64,000 bases of DNA from Candidatus Yanofskybacteria bacterium RIFCSPLOWO2_01_FULL_42_49 (GCA_001795615.1 MGKI01000006.1:3636-67635); one strand, 5' to 3'; positions 9,164-19,137 are shown, counted from the first letter of the stretch. The notes: generated by a model from the sequence alone, not told the origin. Made by a program: numbers and translations.

Positions 9164-10498
9164 TTAATCTATTTTTATTTCCTCATGCCAGGAATTGTAT
9201 TTTTTGGTAAAAGTACGCCGAAGATCTATATTGACGACATATTCGCCCGATTCAAGCTCATCAATCATCTGACGAAGGGTTAGACGCGGTTCTTCTTGAG
9301 CAAAGTTCTTCATTCCGTCCAAATGAATCTCTATCCCGACGGCACCAATTTTGTCCTCAACTTCCTTTTTAGATTTGACAGTAAGAAGTCTGACTGTAAA
9401 TTCTTTGATCGCCTTAGTCTCTTTATGCTGAAAGCTGATTCTTAAATCTAAGCTAAATTCCGCCTCTTCGCCTTTTATTTCCCAATCAACGGCTAAATAA
9501 CTACTAATGGACAAAGAAAATGTGGGGCGACCTGTTTTTAGATCTTTGCCAATTACTACTTTGGCCGGAATAAGCGAATAATCGCTGCTCTCAATAAAAG
9601 ACCTGCCTTCAGTCTCCGGCTGGCCGAGAATAGTTGGTTTATATCTTTCCGCCGTCAGAGCCGCCGGTTCGGGCGGATCGAGAGCTCCAAACTTTTTTTC
9701 ATCACCGTTTTCAATTACAATGTCGCTGGAATAAGCTGAAAATTCCGATAATGCCGCCCTAAAAGCGAATTCCATGCCGTTACGGTCGTTGCCGGCGACC
9801 AGTTCATCGTTCTGCACAAGTTCTTCCCAGGCAAACTGAAAGTCTTCCTGAGAAGACAGCCATCGGTAGCTGATTTCTTTCAACACGCTTTCAAGATCAA
9901 TAAAACCATAGTGTTTGAACAGGGTCAGCCGATCAAACCTCCTGTAAAACAAGAATCTGAAAAGCGGGCGGTCGTAGTACGGATCAAAATAGTACCAAAC
10001 CATCAACTCCATATAATCTCCGGAAAAACTGGCTTTAAAGTGGGGCTCCCCATAAAAAAGATAGACATGGGCCATGTCGCCTTTCAAGCCTCCGTTACGG
10101 CTGAAGCGCGTGCCCGGAATATCAATGTCTGAGGCAAAAATTTCGTTTTCAATGTTCTTAAGACGGCCGTCAATCATTTCTTTAAACTCATTCTGCGGAG
10201 TATTGATATCCGTATCTCTTATCTCCCAGAAAAATTTTTCGAACTTTCGAAACTCATCCAGCGTGTCGATTTCATCAAAAGGCCTAACTGATTCTGACAG
10301 CTTTGGATATTTTTCCAACGAATAGCCGATTTTTCTTTCGTCCAGAGTAATGAAAAAACCGTAATTTTTTTCAAAGCCACTCTTGGGCTGATAGACCGGA
10401 TTGCCAGGATCAATCTTAACTTGCTTTCCGGCACAACCGGTCAAAAAGCCAATAGCCAATAGCCCATAGCCCATAGCCAGACAAGTTTTGTTGGTCAT
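9164..10498 (-). CDS. GWxTD-domain-like lipoprotein
   Basis: Lipobox LTGC; FWEIRDTDINTPQNEF...R...GLKGDMAHVYLFYGEP resembles the GWxTD domain (FW..RDP.P.T..NE...GW.TDRG.VYI.YG.P). Confidence 0.7.
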   Translation of the reverse strand: MTNKTCLAMGYGLLAIGFLTGCAGKQVKIDPGNPVYQPKSGFEKNYGFFITLDERKIGYSLEKYPKLSESVRPFDEIDTLDEFRKFEKFFWEIRDTDINTPQNEFKEMIDGRLKNIENEIFASDIDIPGTRFSRNGGLKGDMAHVYLFYGEPHFKASFSGDYMELMVWYYFDPYYDRPLFRFLFYRRFDRLTLFKHYGFIDLESVLKEISYRWLSSQEDFQFAWEELVQNDELVAGNDRNGMEFAFRAALSEFSAYSSDIVIENGDEKKFGALDPPEPAALTAERYKPTILGQPETEGRSFIESSDYSLIPAKVVIGKDLKTGRPTFSLSISSYLAVDWEIKGEEAEFSLDLRISFQHKETKAIKEFTVRLLTVKSKKEVEDKIGAVGIEIHLDGMKNFAQEEPRLTLRQMIDELESGEYVVNIDLRRTFTKKYNSWHEEIKID

Positions 10499-11133
10499 TA
10501 GCGATCTTCCTCGCTTGCCAGCCGAACAAGATCGAAGCGATCAAGTTTAAGTATGTGATATGAACCGCCGACTTGATATTTCCTACCAACAAGGATGTTG
10601 TGCGTTTTACCGTTGCCTACATTTTCGCTCAAAAATTCTATTTTTACTTTTTCGTTCTTTATAACCGGCAACCAGTTTCCATCGAACGGCCTGAACCAAA
10701 TACTGACATCCCTGCCTTGCGCATCTTTCTCGGTACGAGCGTCTTTTTGAATACGCCACTGAACATAGAGGAAGGGATCAGTTTTTGCGGAAAGCTCGTT
10801 TAAGCGATCCCGCTCTTCTTTTTGGGCAGACGATGCGGCAGCTACTTCCCTGAATAGTCTCTGGTTTTTAGGATATTTTTTGGAAAGAACGAGTGGAAGA
10901 TGACGGCTTATGACTCGTACAAATTCTCGCAAATTGGCCGGATTCTGGTACTTAACATCTAGGCCAAGATAAGCAACGGCGTCGTCAGATAGTCTAATTT
11001 CAATCCGTGAGACAGAAACGACAATCCAGCCGCTTATATCCGGCACAGACGGTGTATCTGCCCGAGCGGGCTCACCGCGAGCAAGATACGGACAAAAACA
11101 AAAGAAAATTAGCGCCAGTAGAGCTGTTTTCAT
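10498..11133 (-). CDS. Hypothetical secreted protein
   Basis: Signal peptide MKTALLALIFFCFCPYLARG; stop overlaps next start. Confidence 0.75.
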   Translation of the reverse strand: MKTALLALIFFCFCPYLARGEPARADTPSVPDISGWIVVSVSRIEIRLSDDAVAYLGLDVKYQNPANLREFVRVISRHLPLVLSKKYPKNQRLFREVAAASSAQKEERDRLNELSAKTDPFLYVQWRIQKDARTEKDAQGRDVSIWFRPFDGNWLPVIKNEKVKIEFLSENVGNGKTHNILVGRKYQVGGSYHILKLDRFDLVRLASEEDR

Positions 11134-11243
11134 TGCCAATCCTTGTCAATGAACTTTCCCCAACTCTAAATAAAATAAAGACCCGCGTCAAACGCGGGAA
11201 TAATTTATTCGTGTGTGCGCATTCGTAGCGCGCTATTCGCATA

Positions 11244-14200
11244 CTACCAAGGCAAAGTGACATAGAAACTTGGTCTCCATTTGCCATTATCTCTTGTCCA
11301 AATTGATTGCGCCGGCCAACCAATAAACGGTATAACATACTGGATTCCGACTCCATAGGTCTTGATTTCCTGAGCGGGAAAATTTTCGTCGGTAAATTTG
11401 GCCAATGCCGCATCGGCAAACAAGAAACCTCTTACGCCTTGATACAGAAGATATGTGCCCGGAATCGGAAATCTCAATTCTGCGCTGGCATAACCAATCT
11501 GATTTCCGGCAATACTGCCGTATTCACAGCCGCGGCCTCGTTCAGGCCCGCAAAGAAGCATAAAGTCGCCGTTGGCTCTGGAATTGGCCATCAGCTCAAT
11601 TCTGCCGGCAAATAATGAATTTAAGCCCAGATGGCGATAAGTTCTCGCGGCAACATTTACGGACGCATAACTTTGAAATTCCTCGCCGATAGGCGGAGCA
11701 AATTCAACTTGTGCGCGGAAAGCATTGCCGTGGAATGGACCCCAAGTGTTGCTAGAAGATAAAACCGTATCCCGGACATAAGCCGCGCCAAATGTCCAGT
11801 TTGAACCGTTAGAGGTCTTCAAAAATCTATACATCTGCAGATCGGCATCGGTAAAATTCGGATCGGCCTTAATATCAGCTTCGCTTAATTCTCCCACCTT
11901 ATACCCGAAAACGCTGAACGAACGATGGCGCAGACGGGAAAAAAGTTCCAGCCGGTTAAATTTGTTCCGAGGATAATCCAGCGTTAAGTCCAAAGCTGTT
12001 TCTTTAAACCAAGTATTGTTGAGAAGGAATTGATTCGGATAACGCTCGACAATATCATAAAACAAATAGTAATAAGGCATTTGATATTGATGGGCACCCC
12101 AGCGCCAACCGGTTCTCTTTTCCCGGTTTTGATACGAGTAGTCAATAAACCTGAAATTGCCGTTAAAAGCAAGTAAGCCGACATGTTGTTTTGTTTCAAG
12201 AAGGTTAGAACAGCCCAGGAAACTTTGGCCAAACATTCCCCAATAAGTACTAGCGCCGAAACTTATGCCTCCGCCCCCGCAGCTCCACTTTTCAGGCGGC
12301 TCTGTTGGATTCAGAAGCTGATTACCGTCCAGTTCAAACTGGAAAAGATCCCGGCTCGGATTGAAAACAAACTCTCCGGCAGGACCTGTGTTTTGGACTA
12401 CATACTGCCGAATTGGCTTTTTTAATTTTGCTTCAAAAATTTTGTCGTACACGCCGCCGTTTTGAGTATCCTCTCCGGGCGACACATAGTAGACAACATC
12501 AAGGGTCCCTCTGGCAAAGACGGGGGCTTTGGCTCCTAGAGGAAATTCTGTCCATTGAGAAATTGTCCGCGTGGCCAAATCAAGTGTGTATAAATTCCAG
12601 ATACCATTGGCTTCGTCCGAAGCATAAACAATCGTTGAGCCGTCATCTGACCAACTCGGCCAACCGTCATTGAATGAACCGAATGTCAGCTGTTCCTGCC
12701 GCCCCTCTTCCACATAGTGGATAAAAAGATGCTGAAAGTCGTCATCCTGATCAATATAAACAATCTTGGTTCCGTTGGGTGAAACCGACGGCGCTGTGGC
12801 AAAGTTTTTATTGTCCGTAATTTTCTGAACCTGAACCGTGTCTGGATCACCGATGTAAACCGCCCAAATGTTGCGGGCAGTATTCTCCGCTGCGGAGAAA
12901 TAAACCCAATTGCCGTCAGGACTAAACGATGGCGAAAACGCCTGATCAAGAGGTAATTCTATCTTTCTTGATATTTTTCCCGTTTTAGCGTCAACAACCA
13001 CTAAAGCATGGCCCCTGTTTATCCTCGCAAAAAATGCAATCTTGCTTCCATCCGGAGACCAACTCGCATCAAAACCGTTAAACGACCAAGTCTCAAAGCC
13101 TTGAGAAATAAGATATTCCCAAGGCACAGGAGGAAGTTGAGGAGTAAGATTCGTTAACTTTCCTGAACCGTTCGGACCAAAGGCCTTATTTCCGTTTCCT
13201 AGTTTTTCCCGCTCTTCTTTTGAAACATAGACTTTCTCTTTTGGTATTTCATACCTCACCAGCGCCACACCATATTTAAGAACAGTAAATGCCGCGAGTT
13301 GCGTACCATCCGGGGCAAGCATCGGCGAACTCATCGGGGCTGAGTGATTCCAAGGCATAACGGGTCGTCCCTCGAAGTTGTCATTCCGTTCATAGGGCTT
13401 GGGCCGGTTGTTAATCTCGTCTCCGTATTTGTCCATCCAAAATCGGATAATCGCTTGATTGAATTTTTCAGAATCTATGTCCGGATTGCCAAGTTCGCCT
13501 TCCGTAAGATCATAGATTAATTCACCGAGCCCGATCTTGCTTTGTTTAAATCCTGCGACCTGAAACGTCACTCCGGCATTAAACTTTTCTTCAAGGAATT
13601 CAAACGCCATAGCTCCGCCTGAATAAGGATTAACCTGTCCTCGATTAAGAGCTTCCCAAGTGGGAACAAAATGTCTGTCAGAAGAAGTAATTTTTTGATC
13701 ATCTCTTCTGATGTCTCCGCGAGTATGCGGCTCGTATAAACCGGCGATAAACTCGGCGCCGCCTTCATAAAACCAGCCGGGACGTTGATTTTTCATGTTT
13801 ACCACAAAGTCGATAATACCGGGATTTCGGATATCAAATTGAAATTCGTGCGCTAACTCGTGAACGCCGATAGCGCGGCCTAACGGTTTCGAAAAATCTG
13901 CCTTGAGCACCATCCGCCTTTTTTCTGATTCCGCAAAAGCGCCGACTCCTTCGGGCAGGAATCCGCCGACGATATTACTTGACTCCATATCGGTGTGGGT
14001 TTTATATAACCAAATAGGAATCCTTCTTTCTATCGTATGGCCATAAACCTCCTGACCGCTCATCCAATCACGGGCATTTTCCAGATTGGCAACAACCATT
14101 TCCAGATATTCCTTTTGAACAGGATCATTTGTATCAAGATTGTGCCAAACATCAAAACGATATGATTCATAGAATTTGTCCAACTGATTATAACGAACAT

Positions 14201-14282
14201 TATTCTTCCCAAACTGCGCGCTAGCCGGCACAGAAAGAAAAATACCGAGAGCCATAACTAGAGCAATTTTCTTCCACTTCAT
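11244..14282 (-). CDS. Metallopeptidase (HExxH) + PD40/TolB-like beta-propeller + Omp85/BamA-like C-terminal beta-barrel fusion
   Basis: Signal peptide ending ASA-QFGKNNVRY; HELAH and PGWFYEGGAEF; repeated P.[WF]SPDG..I.[FY]; C-terminal amphipathic strands, RG..YG..G...ASAELRFP, terminal aromatic (FYVTLPW); start refined to ATG 14282. Confidence 0.8.
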   Translation of the reverse strand: MKWKKIALVMALGIFLSVPASAQFGKNNVRYNQLDKFYESYRFDVWHNLDTNDPVQKEYLEMVVANLENARDWMSGQEVYGHTIERRIPIWLYKTHTDMESSNIVGGFLPEGVGAFAESEKRRMVLKADFSKPLGRAIGVHELAHEFQFDIRNPGIIDFVVNMKNQRPGWFYEGGAEFIAGLYEPHTRGDIRRDDQKITSSDRHFVPTWEALNRGQVNPYSGGAMAFEFLEEKFNAGVTFQVAGFKQSKIGLGELIYDLTEGELGNPDIDSEKFNQAIIRFWMDKYGDEINNRPKPYERNDNFEGRPVMPWNHSAPMSSPMLAPDGTQLAAFTVLKYGVALVRYEIPKEKVYVSKEEREKLGNGNKAFGPNGSGKLTNLTPQLPPVPWEYLISQGFETWSFNGFDASWSPDGSKIAFFARINRGHALVVVDAKTGKISRKIELPLDQAFSPSFSPDGNWVYFSAAENTARNIWAVYIGDPDTVQVQKITDNKNFATAPSVSPNGTKIVYIDQDDDFQHLFIHYVEEGRQEQLTFGSFNDGWPSWSDDGSTIVYASDEANGIWNLYTLDLATRTISQWTEFPLGAKAPVFARGTLDVVYYVSPGEDTQNGGVYDKIFEAKLKKPIRQYVVQNTGPAGEFVFNPSRDLFQFELDGNQLLNPTEPPEKWSCGGGGISFGASTYWGMFGQSFLGCSNLLETKQHVGLLAFNGNFRFIDYSYQNREKRTGWRWGAHQYQMPYYYLFYDIVERYPNQFLLNNTWFKETALDLTLDYPRNKFNRLELFSRLRHRSFSVFGYKVGELSEADIKADPNFTDADLQMYRFLKTSNGSNWTFGAAYVRDTVLSSSNTWGPFHGNAFRAQVEFAPPIGEEFQSYASVNVAARTYRHLGLNSLFAGRIELMANSRANGDFMLLCGPERGRGCEYGSIAGNQIGYASAELRFPIPGTYLLYQGVRGFLFADAALAKFTDENFPAQEIKTYGVGIQYVIPFIGWPAQSIWTRDNGKWRPSFYVTLPW

Positions 14283-14362
14283 TAGTGTTTTCCTGTTTAT
14301 CAATGAGCTAATTACGGTTAAAGTACGACTATTCCTTTTGTCCGTCAAGGATAATCTAACTC

Positions 14363-14399
14363 CTGTGGATAATCGACTTGCGAAGTCGATTATCCACAG
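14363..14399. promoter_or_regulatory. Inverted repeat containing two consensus DnaA boxes
   Basis: TGTGGATAA (14364-14372) and TTATCCACA (14390-14398) within a perfect IR. Confidence 0.5.
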
Positions 14400-14431
14400 A
14401 TAAACAAAAGCGGCGATTTTATCGCCGCTAC

Positions 14432-14974
14432 TTAATACTTCACACCTAAGTCAGCGGGACCGAATTTCAGCGGAAATGCGTTGTCAATTGTTACCATGGT
14501 TACCTCGCCTGTAGGCAACAAACCGTACATTTCAACGCTGCCGTCTTCAAGGCAATTCTCCCAGATACACTGCAAACAATGTCCGCACGGAGCGGGAATC
14601 TCCGAAAACTTCACTTGCCAAATTTCACGCTTCTTAGTAATGACAGGCGGAAGGACTATATCTATGCTCTCGGGTCCGGCCACAAGCACTAGCCGTGCCA
14701 ATTTAACTCCCCTGCCCTCAGCGGCAACCATGCTATCCAGCGCATTCTGCTCAGCGTGAGTCGTCTGGGTCCAACTGGCCCGCTCAACATTACAGCCACG
14801 ATAAACATAACCAGTATTCGCGCTTTGTGCGGCAACTCCAACCAAATAACGAGAAGATGGCGCTTGAGCCTTTTCTCTGACTTCTCTGGCCACATAAAAC
14901 ATTTCTTTGACGACTCCATCTAAATCTTCGAATCTGCCCACCCATACAGTAACAGTGCGGCTGATTGCTTTCAT
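14432..14974 (-). CDS. cdd: Cytidine deaminase
   Basis: G.NVE.AS...HAEQNA and PCGHC Zn-binding motifs. Confidence 0.85.
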   Translation of the reverse strand: MKAISRTVTVWVGRFEDLDGVVKEMFYVAREVREKAQAPSSRYLVGVAAQSANTGYVYRGCNVERASWTQTTHAEQNALDSMVAAEGRGVKLARLVLVAGPESIDIVLPPVITKKREIWQVKFSEIPAPCGHCLQCIWENCLEDGSVEMYGLLPTGEVTMVTIDNAFPLKFGPADLGVKY

Positions 14975-15786
14975 GCTACCATCCCCGTTATTTCGTCGTA
15001 TCTTTCAACAAGCTCTCGAAGCAAACGCAACTCAATGCACCGCGATTGGTCAACTCGGGCGCGGATTTCGTCAAGCCGGCCGATAACCTCCCATGTTTCA
15101 ACGGGAATCCAGACACCGCGATAGCCGACCCCAAGCGCCGGAACGATGTCTTTTTCATAGTCATTGCCGACGCTGAAAAGCCGATAACTTTCTAAACCCT
15201 TAGCCATCTCTGTGAACACTTCGGGCGTTTTCTTGCTCTCAACAACTCTAACGGAACAAAACCTTTTTCCTGCATCAAGTACTGACAATTTTCTGCCTTG
15301 TACTCTCTTGTCACCCTTCGTAAGAAGGAGAATTAAATCTCCCTTCTTCTCCAGAAAATCGAGAACTGGAAAAGTGTCAGAATAAACATTTTTTCTGTAT
15401 CGAGAGGAGTCAAAAGCTTTCAAGCCAGTGTATAAAAGCTCGGACTCAACACTACGGATCGGTGACTTGCCTACCCGTCGGCATATTTCTCTGTAAACTT
15501 CCACAAGCGAAGTCGGAAATCTTTCCATTGAATAACCGTATGGCTGATTCGTGGCCGGATTGATTTCCGCCACTCGCCGGCTGTCTATCTCCTGTTCAAG
15601 CGCAACAATCGCAGATACATGGGGAGCCGCATCGCCAAGAGTGTCAATTACTAGTTTACAGGCGTTAAGAATAGGGAAAGCATAATCATGGACATTGCTC
15701 ATTAATGTATCGTCCAAATCAAACACCCAAGCATTTCTCGGAGAAGGCCCCTGTGCTTTAGCCAAGGTTTCTGTCGGTTTGTTCAT
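14971..15786 (-). CDS. HAD-superfamily hydrolase
   Basis: FDLDDTL motif I, LTKGD, K.PE, VGNDYEKDI; GGAGG SD before ATG 15786. Confidence 0.85.
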   Translation of the reverse strand: MNKPTETLAKAQGPSPRNAWVFDLDDTLMSNVHDYAFPILNACKLVIDTLGDAAPHVSAIVALEQEIDSRRVAEINPATNQPYGYSMERFPTSLVEVYREICRRVGKSPIRSVESELLYTGLKAFDSSRYRKNVYSDTFPVLDFLEKKGDLILLLTKGDKRVQGRKLSVLDAGKRFCSVRVVESKKTPEVFTEMAKGLESYRLFSVGNDYEKDIVPALGVGYRGVWIPVETWEVIGRLDEIRARVDQSRCIELRLLRELVERYDEITGMVA

Positions 15787-15852
15787 AATCCTCCACAGCA
15801 AAGAACTTTGTAAAGACTATAAACTAAAGTTTAGAAAAACAAAAGACAAGTT

Positions 15853-16545
15853 TTATCTCGTCGCAAGCCGATCGGGAAAGTTGGAGAATGCGCCATCGGC
15901 GCCAAGTTTTTGTATTTTTTCAATATCTTCCTTCTCGTTTACTGTCCAGACAAAAACCTTGAAGCCCCGACGCTTTATATCAGAGATCAGATCTTCTGAC
16001 GCTTTCTCCTGCGGCACATGGATAGAATAAGCCGCCACTTCTCCCGCGAAATCGAACAAATCGTCATAATTATTGTTAAACAAAACACCTATTCTGTTGC
16101 CAAAAGCACACCGTCTAAATTCTCTCAATTCATCCCAATCAAAAGATGAGACGATAAAAAGTTCGGGATTCCATCCGTTGCTTACATGTTGTCTGATAAT
16201 GTCGGCCGCGGGTTGAGCCGTTTCTCTCCCTTTCAATTCTATATTCACTGCGGCTCTTTTATTTACTAGACTAAGCACCTCTTCAAGAACAGGAATCCTC
16301 TCACCCTTACCGGCATCCAACAATTTTAACTCTCCCAACTCCATATTACCCACCAGCCCTTGGCCATTTGTAGTCCTGTCTACGCTCTCATCGTGTATCA
16401 CAACCGTTTCCCCTGTTTTACACAAGTGGATATCCAATTCAATCATGTCAACGCCCAATTCAATGGCTTTATCAAAAGACCGAAGAGTATTCTCCGGTTC
16501 ATAACCCATCGCCCCGCGATGACCTATTTTTATGAATTTGGACAT
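15853..16545 (-). CDS. Glycerophosphodiester phosphodiesterase
   Basis: GHRGA.GYEPENT, IELDIH, VIHD..VDRTT, IELK, VWTVN; start refined to ATG 16545. Confidence 0.93.
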   Translation of the reverse strand: MSKFIKIGHRGAMGYEPENTLRSFDKAIELGVDMIELDIHLCKTGETVVIHDESVDRTTNGQGLVGNMELGELKLLDAGKGERIPVLEEVLSLVNKRAAVNIELKGRETAQPAADIIRQHVSNGWNPELFIVSSFDWDELREFRRCAFGNRIGVLFNNNYDDLFDFAGEVAAYSIHVPQEKASEDLISDIKRRGFKVFVWTVNEKEDIEKIQKLGADGAFSNFPDRLATR

Positions 16546-16576
16546 CTGTCTGCCGTTTTTAGCTGCTCTATGATTC

Positions 16577-17173
16577 TTACCGAGTGCTGTATTTAACCAC
16601 GCAGTCTTTTCCTTTTTCGTGTTTGGCCACATACATTGCCTTATCAGCCCGTTCAACTAATTCTTTAAAGGACATGTCCTCGTCAAAACACGCTACTCCA
16701 ACGCTCACTGTGACGGCCGTGTCTTTTACCTTAACACGGCTTTTGATAGCCGCCCTTATTTCTTCTGCTTTTTTATACGCTTCGTCCTCGTTCGTACCCA
16801 CCAGAGCGGCGACAATTTCTTCCCCTCCCCAACGAGCAACAAAATCAACACTCCTCACCTTGCCGCTGATAATCTGGGCAACCCGCTGTAACATCTGATC
16901 GCCTATTTTATGCCCATGGACATCATTTAATTTTTTAAAATTATCGACATCAAAAAACAAGATACTTATTGAGTCAACGAAAAAATGGCGCCTGGCATCC
17001 TGATTTTCCCTGCCATAAGATATGTCCTTTATTATCCGGGAAACTTCCTCCTCAAACCCTCGCCGGTTGTACAACCCGGTCAATGGATCTTTGGTGGCTA
17101 GTTTCTTCAGCTCTCTTATTTGGATATCGCGTTTATAGATTTCCTGTTTTAATTTTTTTATTTCTTCAGACAT
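16577..17173 (-). CDS. Diguanylate cyclase (stand-alone GGDEF)
   Basis: DPLTGLYNRR, DVDNFKKLND.HGH..GD, RWGGEEI, ADKAMY.AK; short N-terminal coiled coil. Confidence 0.92.
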   Translation of the reverse strand: MSEEIKKLKQEIYKRDIQIRELKKLATKDPLTGLYNRRGFEEEVSRIIKDISYGRENQDARRHFFVDSISILFFDVDNFKKLNDVHGHKIGDQMLQRVAQIISGKVRSVDFVARWGGEEIVAALVGTNEDEAYKKAEEIRAAIKSRVKVKDTAVTVSVGVACFDEDMSFKELVERADKAMYVAKHEKGKDCVVKYSTR

Positions 17174-17251
17174 AGATTTTACTTCCCGCCGTCGCGTTTT
17201 TCTGGCGGCAGGTACAATTCTATACCTGCCAGCCAGGCGCAAAATTGTGCC

Positions 17252-17341
17252 TGGCGGAGAGGGTGGGATTTGAACCCACGAGACCCTTTCGAGCCTGCCG
17301 CCTTTCCAAGACGGTGCACTAGACCACTATGCGACCTCTCC
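17252..17341 (-). tRNA. tRNA-Ser(GGA)
   Basis: Cloverleaf GGAGAGG.../CTCTCCGCCA, anticodon arm CCGTC-TTGGAAA-GGCGG, long variable arm, GGTTCAAATCC, encoded CCA. Confidence 0.95.
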
Positions 17342-17361
17342 AACTGACGCAATATTTTACC

Positions 17362-18267
17362 TTAAAACTGCATTCTGCGCAAAATACGAATTCGTTCCTC
17401 TGTTGGTGGGTGTGTCAGAAACAAACGAGTAAACCAGCCGCTTTCTTGTTTGCCCTTAAACGGATTAGAAATAAAAAGGTGAGCCGTACCGCTGTGAGCG
17501 CGATGCATCGGTGTTTGGTCTTGAGCAATTTTTTCAAGCGCGCCGGCAAGGCCTTCAGGGTAGCGGGTCAACAAAGCGCCGGACGCATCGGCAAGAAACT
17601 CTCTTTTTCGCGAAACAGCCAGACGAATGATTGTCGCAATAAGGGGCGCGAGTACGGCAACCGCAATAGCCACCAACAGAATAACCGCTCCGCCTTGTTT
17701 ATTATCATTATCGCGGCCACCTAAATTGCCCCCTAACCCAGCTCTCAAAAACCAGTCAGCCAATATCGCTATCAAGCCGGCGAGGACGACAACCACGGAA
17801 GAAATCAGTATGTCCCTGTTTCCAATATGGGATAACTCATGGGCCAAAACTCCTTCAAGCTCCGTTTTGTCTAACTTTGCCAATGCCCCTTCCGTAACGG
17901 CAATGGCAGCGTGCTTAGGGTCTCTGCCGGTAGCAAAAGCGTTAATCTGGCCGTCATGCATCACATATACCCTAGGCATAGGCAAGCCAGCAGTTATGGA
18001 TAAATTCTCAATAATACGAAAAAGCTCCAAATGCGTCTCACGGGATGCCGGCTTCGCGCCGGACATTGCTAAAGCAACTTTATCTGAATACCAGTACGCA
18101 AAAAAATTCATAGACACTGCCAAAAACACGGCAAAATACAATATCTCCGGCGAGTTATAAATAAACCCGAAAAGCCAGCCGATAAAAATTATCAAAACCA
18201 AAAACACGGTCATCAACAACCATGTTTTGCGGATATTGGAGTCCTTATGCTGATAAAGATTTGCCAC
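17362..18267 (-). CDS. htpX: Zinc metalloprotease HtpX (M48)
   Basis: NAFATG, AHELSH, SRKREFLAD, THPP; in operon with lemA. Confidence 0.93.
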   Translation of the reverse strand: MANLYQHKDSNIRKTWLLMTVFLVLIIFIGWLFGFIYNSPEILYFAVFLAVSMNFFAYWYSDKVALAMSGAKPASRETHLELFRIIENLSITAGLPMPRVYVMHDGQINAFATGRDPKHAAIAVTEGALAKLDKTELEGVLAHELSHIGNRDILISSVVVVLAGLIAILADWFLRAGLGGNLGGRDNDNKQGGAVILLVAIAVAVLAPLIATIIRLAVSRKREFLADASGALLTRYPEGLAGALEKIAQDQTPMHRAHSGTAHLFISNPFKGKQESGWFTRLFLTHPPTEERIRILRRMQF

Positions 18268-18568
18268 GGTGAAAAATGTATTCGTATGCCTTATAAACCG
18301 TAAGTATAAAAAACGGCATAATTAAAAAGAACAAGTATTCTTCAAGTGGTAAAAGCCAAATTTTGACACCGATAATACCTTCCCCAGGAAAAGACCAGTG
18401 GCCTCGCCAAACTGCAAAAGTATCCCAAGCTGTTCCTAAAATAAAGAAATGCAAAGTTATAACCAACCTTTCTTTCAGTGAGTGGTATAAGTGAATCTTA
18501 TATTTCCACTCCACATAAAAAGCGCTGGCAAGAAGAAACAAAAGAATAAATAGATATTCGCCCACCAT
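18245..18568 (-). CDS. Lycopene-cyclase-domain small membrane protein
   Basis: WD..A...GHWSF.....G.....LPLEEYLFF pattern; about 3 TM segments. Confidence 0.7.
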   Translation of the reverse strand: MVGEYLFILLFLLASAFYVEWKYKIHLYHSLKERLVITLHFFILGTAWDTFAVWRGHWSFPGEGIIGVKIWLLPLEEYLFFLIMPFFILTVYKAYEYIFHRGKSLSA

Positions 18569-18570
18569 TT

Positions 18571-19134
18571 TTAAAAACTAACCTTGACTGGTTCGCGGGC
18601 CGCTTCTTCATTGAGCTCAAAGAAGTCGGCTTTTTTGAATCCATATATGTTGGCAACTATGTTAGTGGGAAACTGCTCGACTTGAGTATTGAGGGTGAGA
18701 ATATTGGTATTATAAAACCTGCGGGCGGCTTGGATTTTGTTTTCGGTATCAGTGAGTTCGTCCTGAAGCTTGGTAAAACTTTCAACTGCTCTCAATTGGG
18801 GGTAAGCCTCGGATAAAGCGAACAAGCTCTTCAATGCGCCGGAAAGCATGTTCTCGGCTTGGCTGTGTTCTTTAACACCCGCCTGCGCAGATAAACCCAT
18901 CGCCGCCGAGCGGGCCTTGATGACATTTTCCAGAACCTGGCTTTCATGAGCAGCGTAACCCTTCACCGTTTCCACGAGATTAGGAATCAGATCATATCGC
19001 CTCTTCAGCTGAACATCTATATCCGACCACGATTCTTTAACCCTATTACGAGAACGGACAAGCGCATTAAAAGCACCCGCCAGCCAAAGACTCACAACGA
19101 CCAAAATTATAATTAAAATTAATGAAGTAGACAT
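18571..19134 (-). CDS. lemA: LemA family protein
   Basis: WSDIDVQLKRRYDLIPNLVETVKGY, EAYPQL, ENKIQAARRFYN. Confidence 0.96.
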   Translation of the reverse strand: MSTSLILIIILVVVSLWLAGAFNALVRSRNRVKESWSDIDVQLKRRYDLIPNLVETVKGYAAHESQVLENVIKARSAAMGLSAQAGVKEHSQAENMLSGALKSLFALSEAYPQLRAVESFTKLQDELTDTENKIQAARRFYNTNILTLNTQVEQFPTNIVANIYGFKKADFFELNEEAAREPVKVSF

Positions 19135-19137
19135 ATT

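Noticed and set aside
17195-17257. Possible att-site duplication at the tRNA-Ser 3' end (CTGGCGG twice)
   Set aside because: Only 7 bp, explained by local hairpins; no integrase nearby
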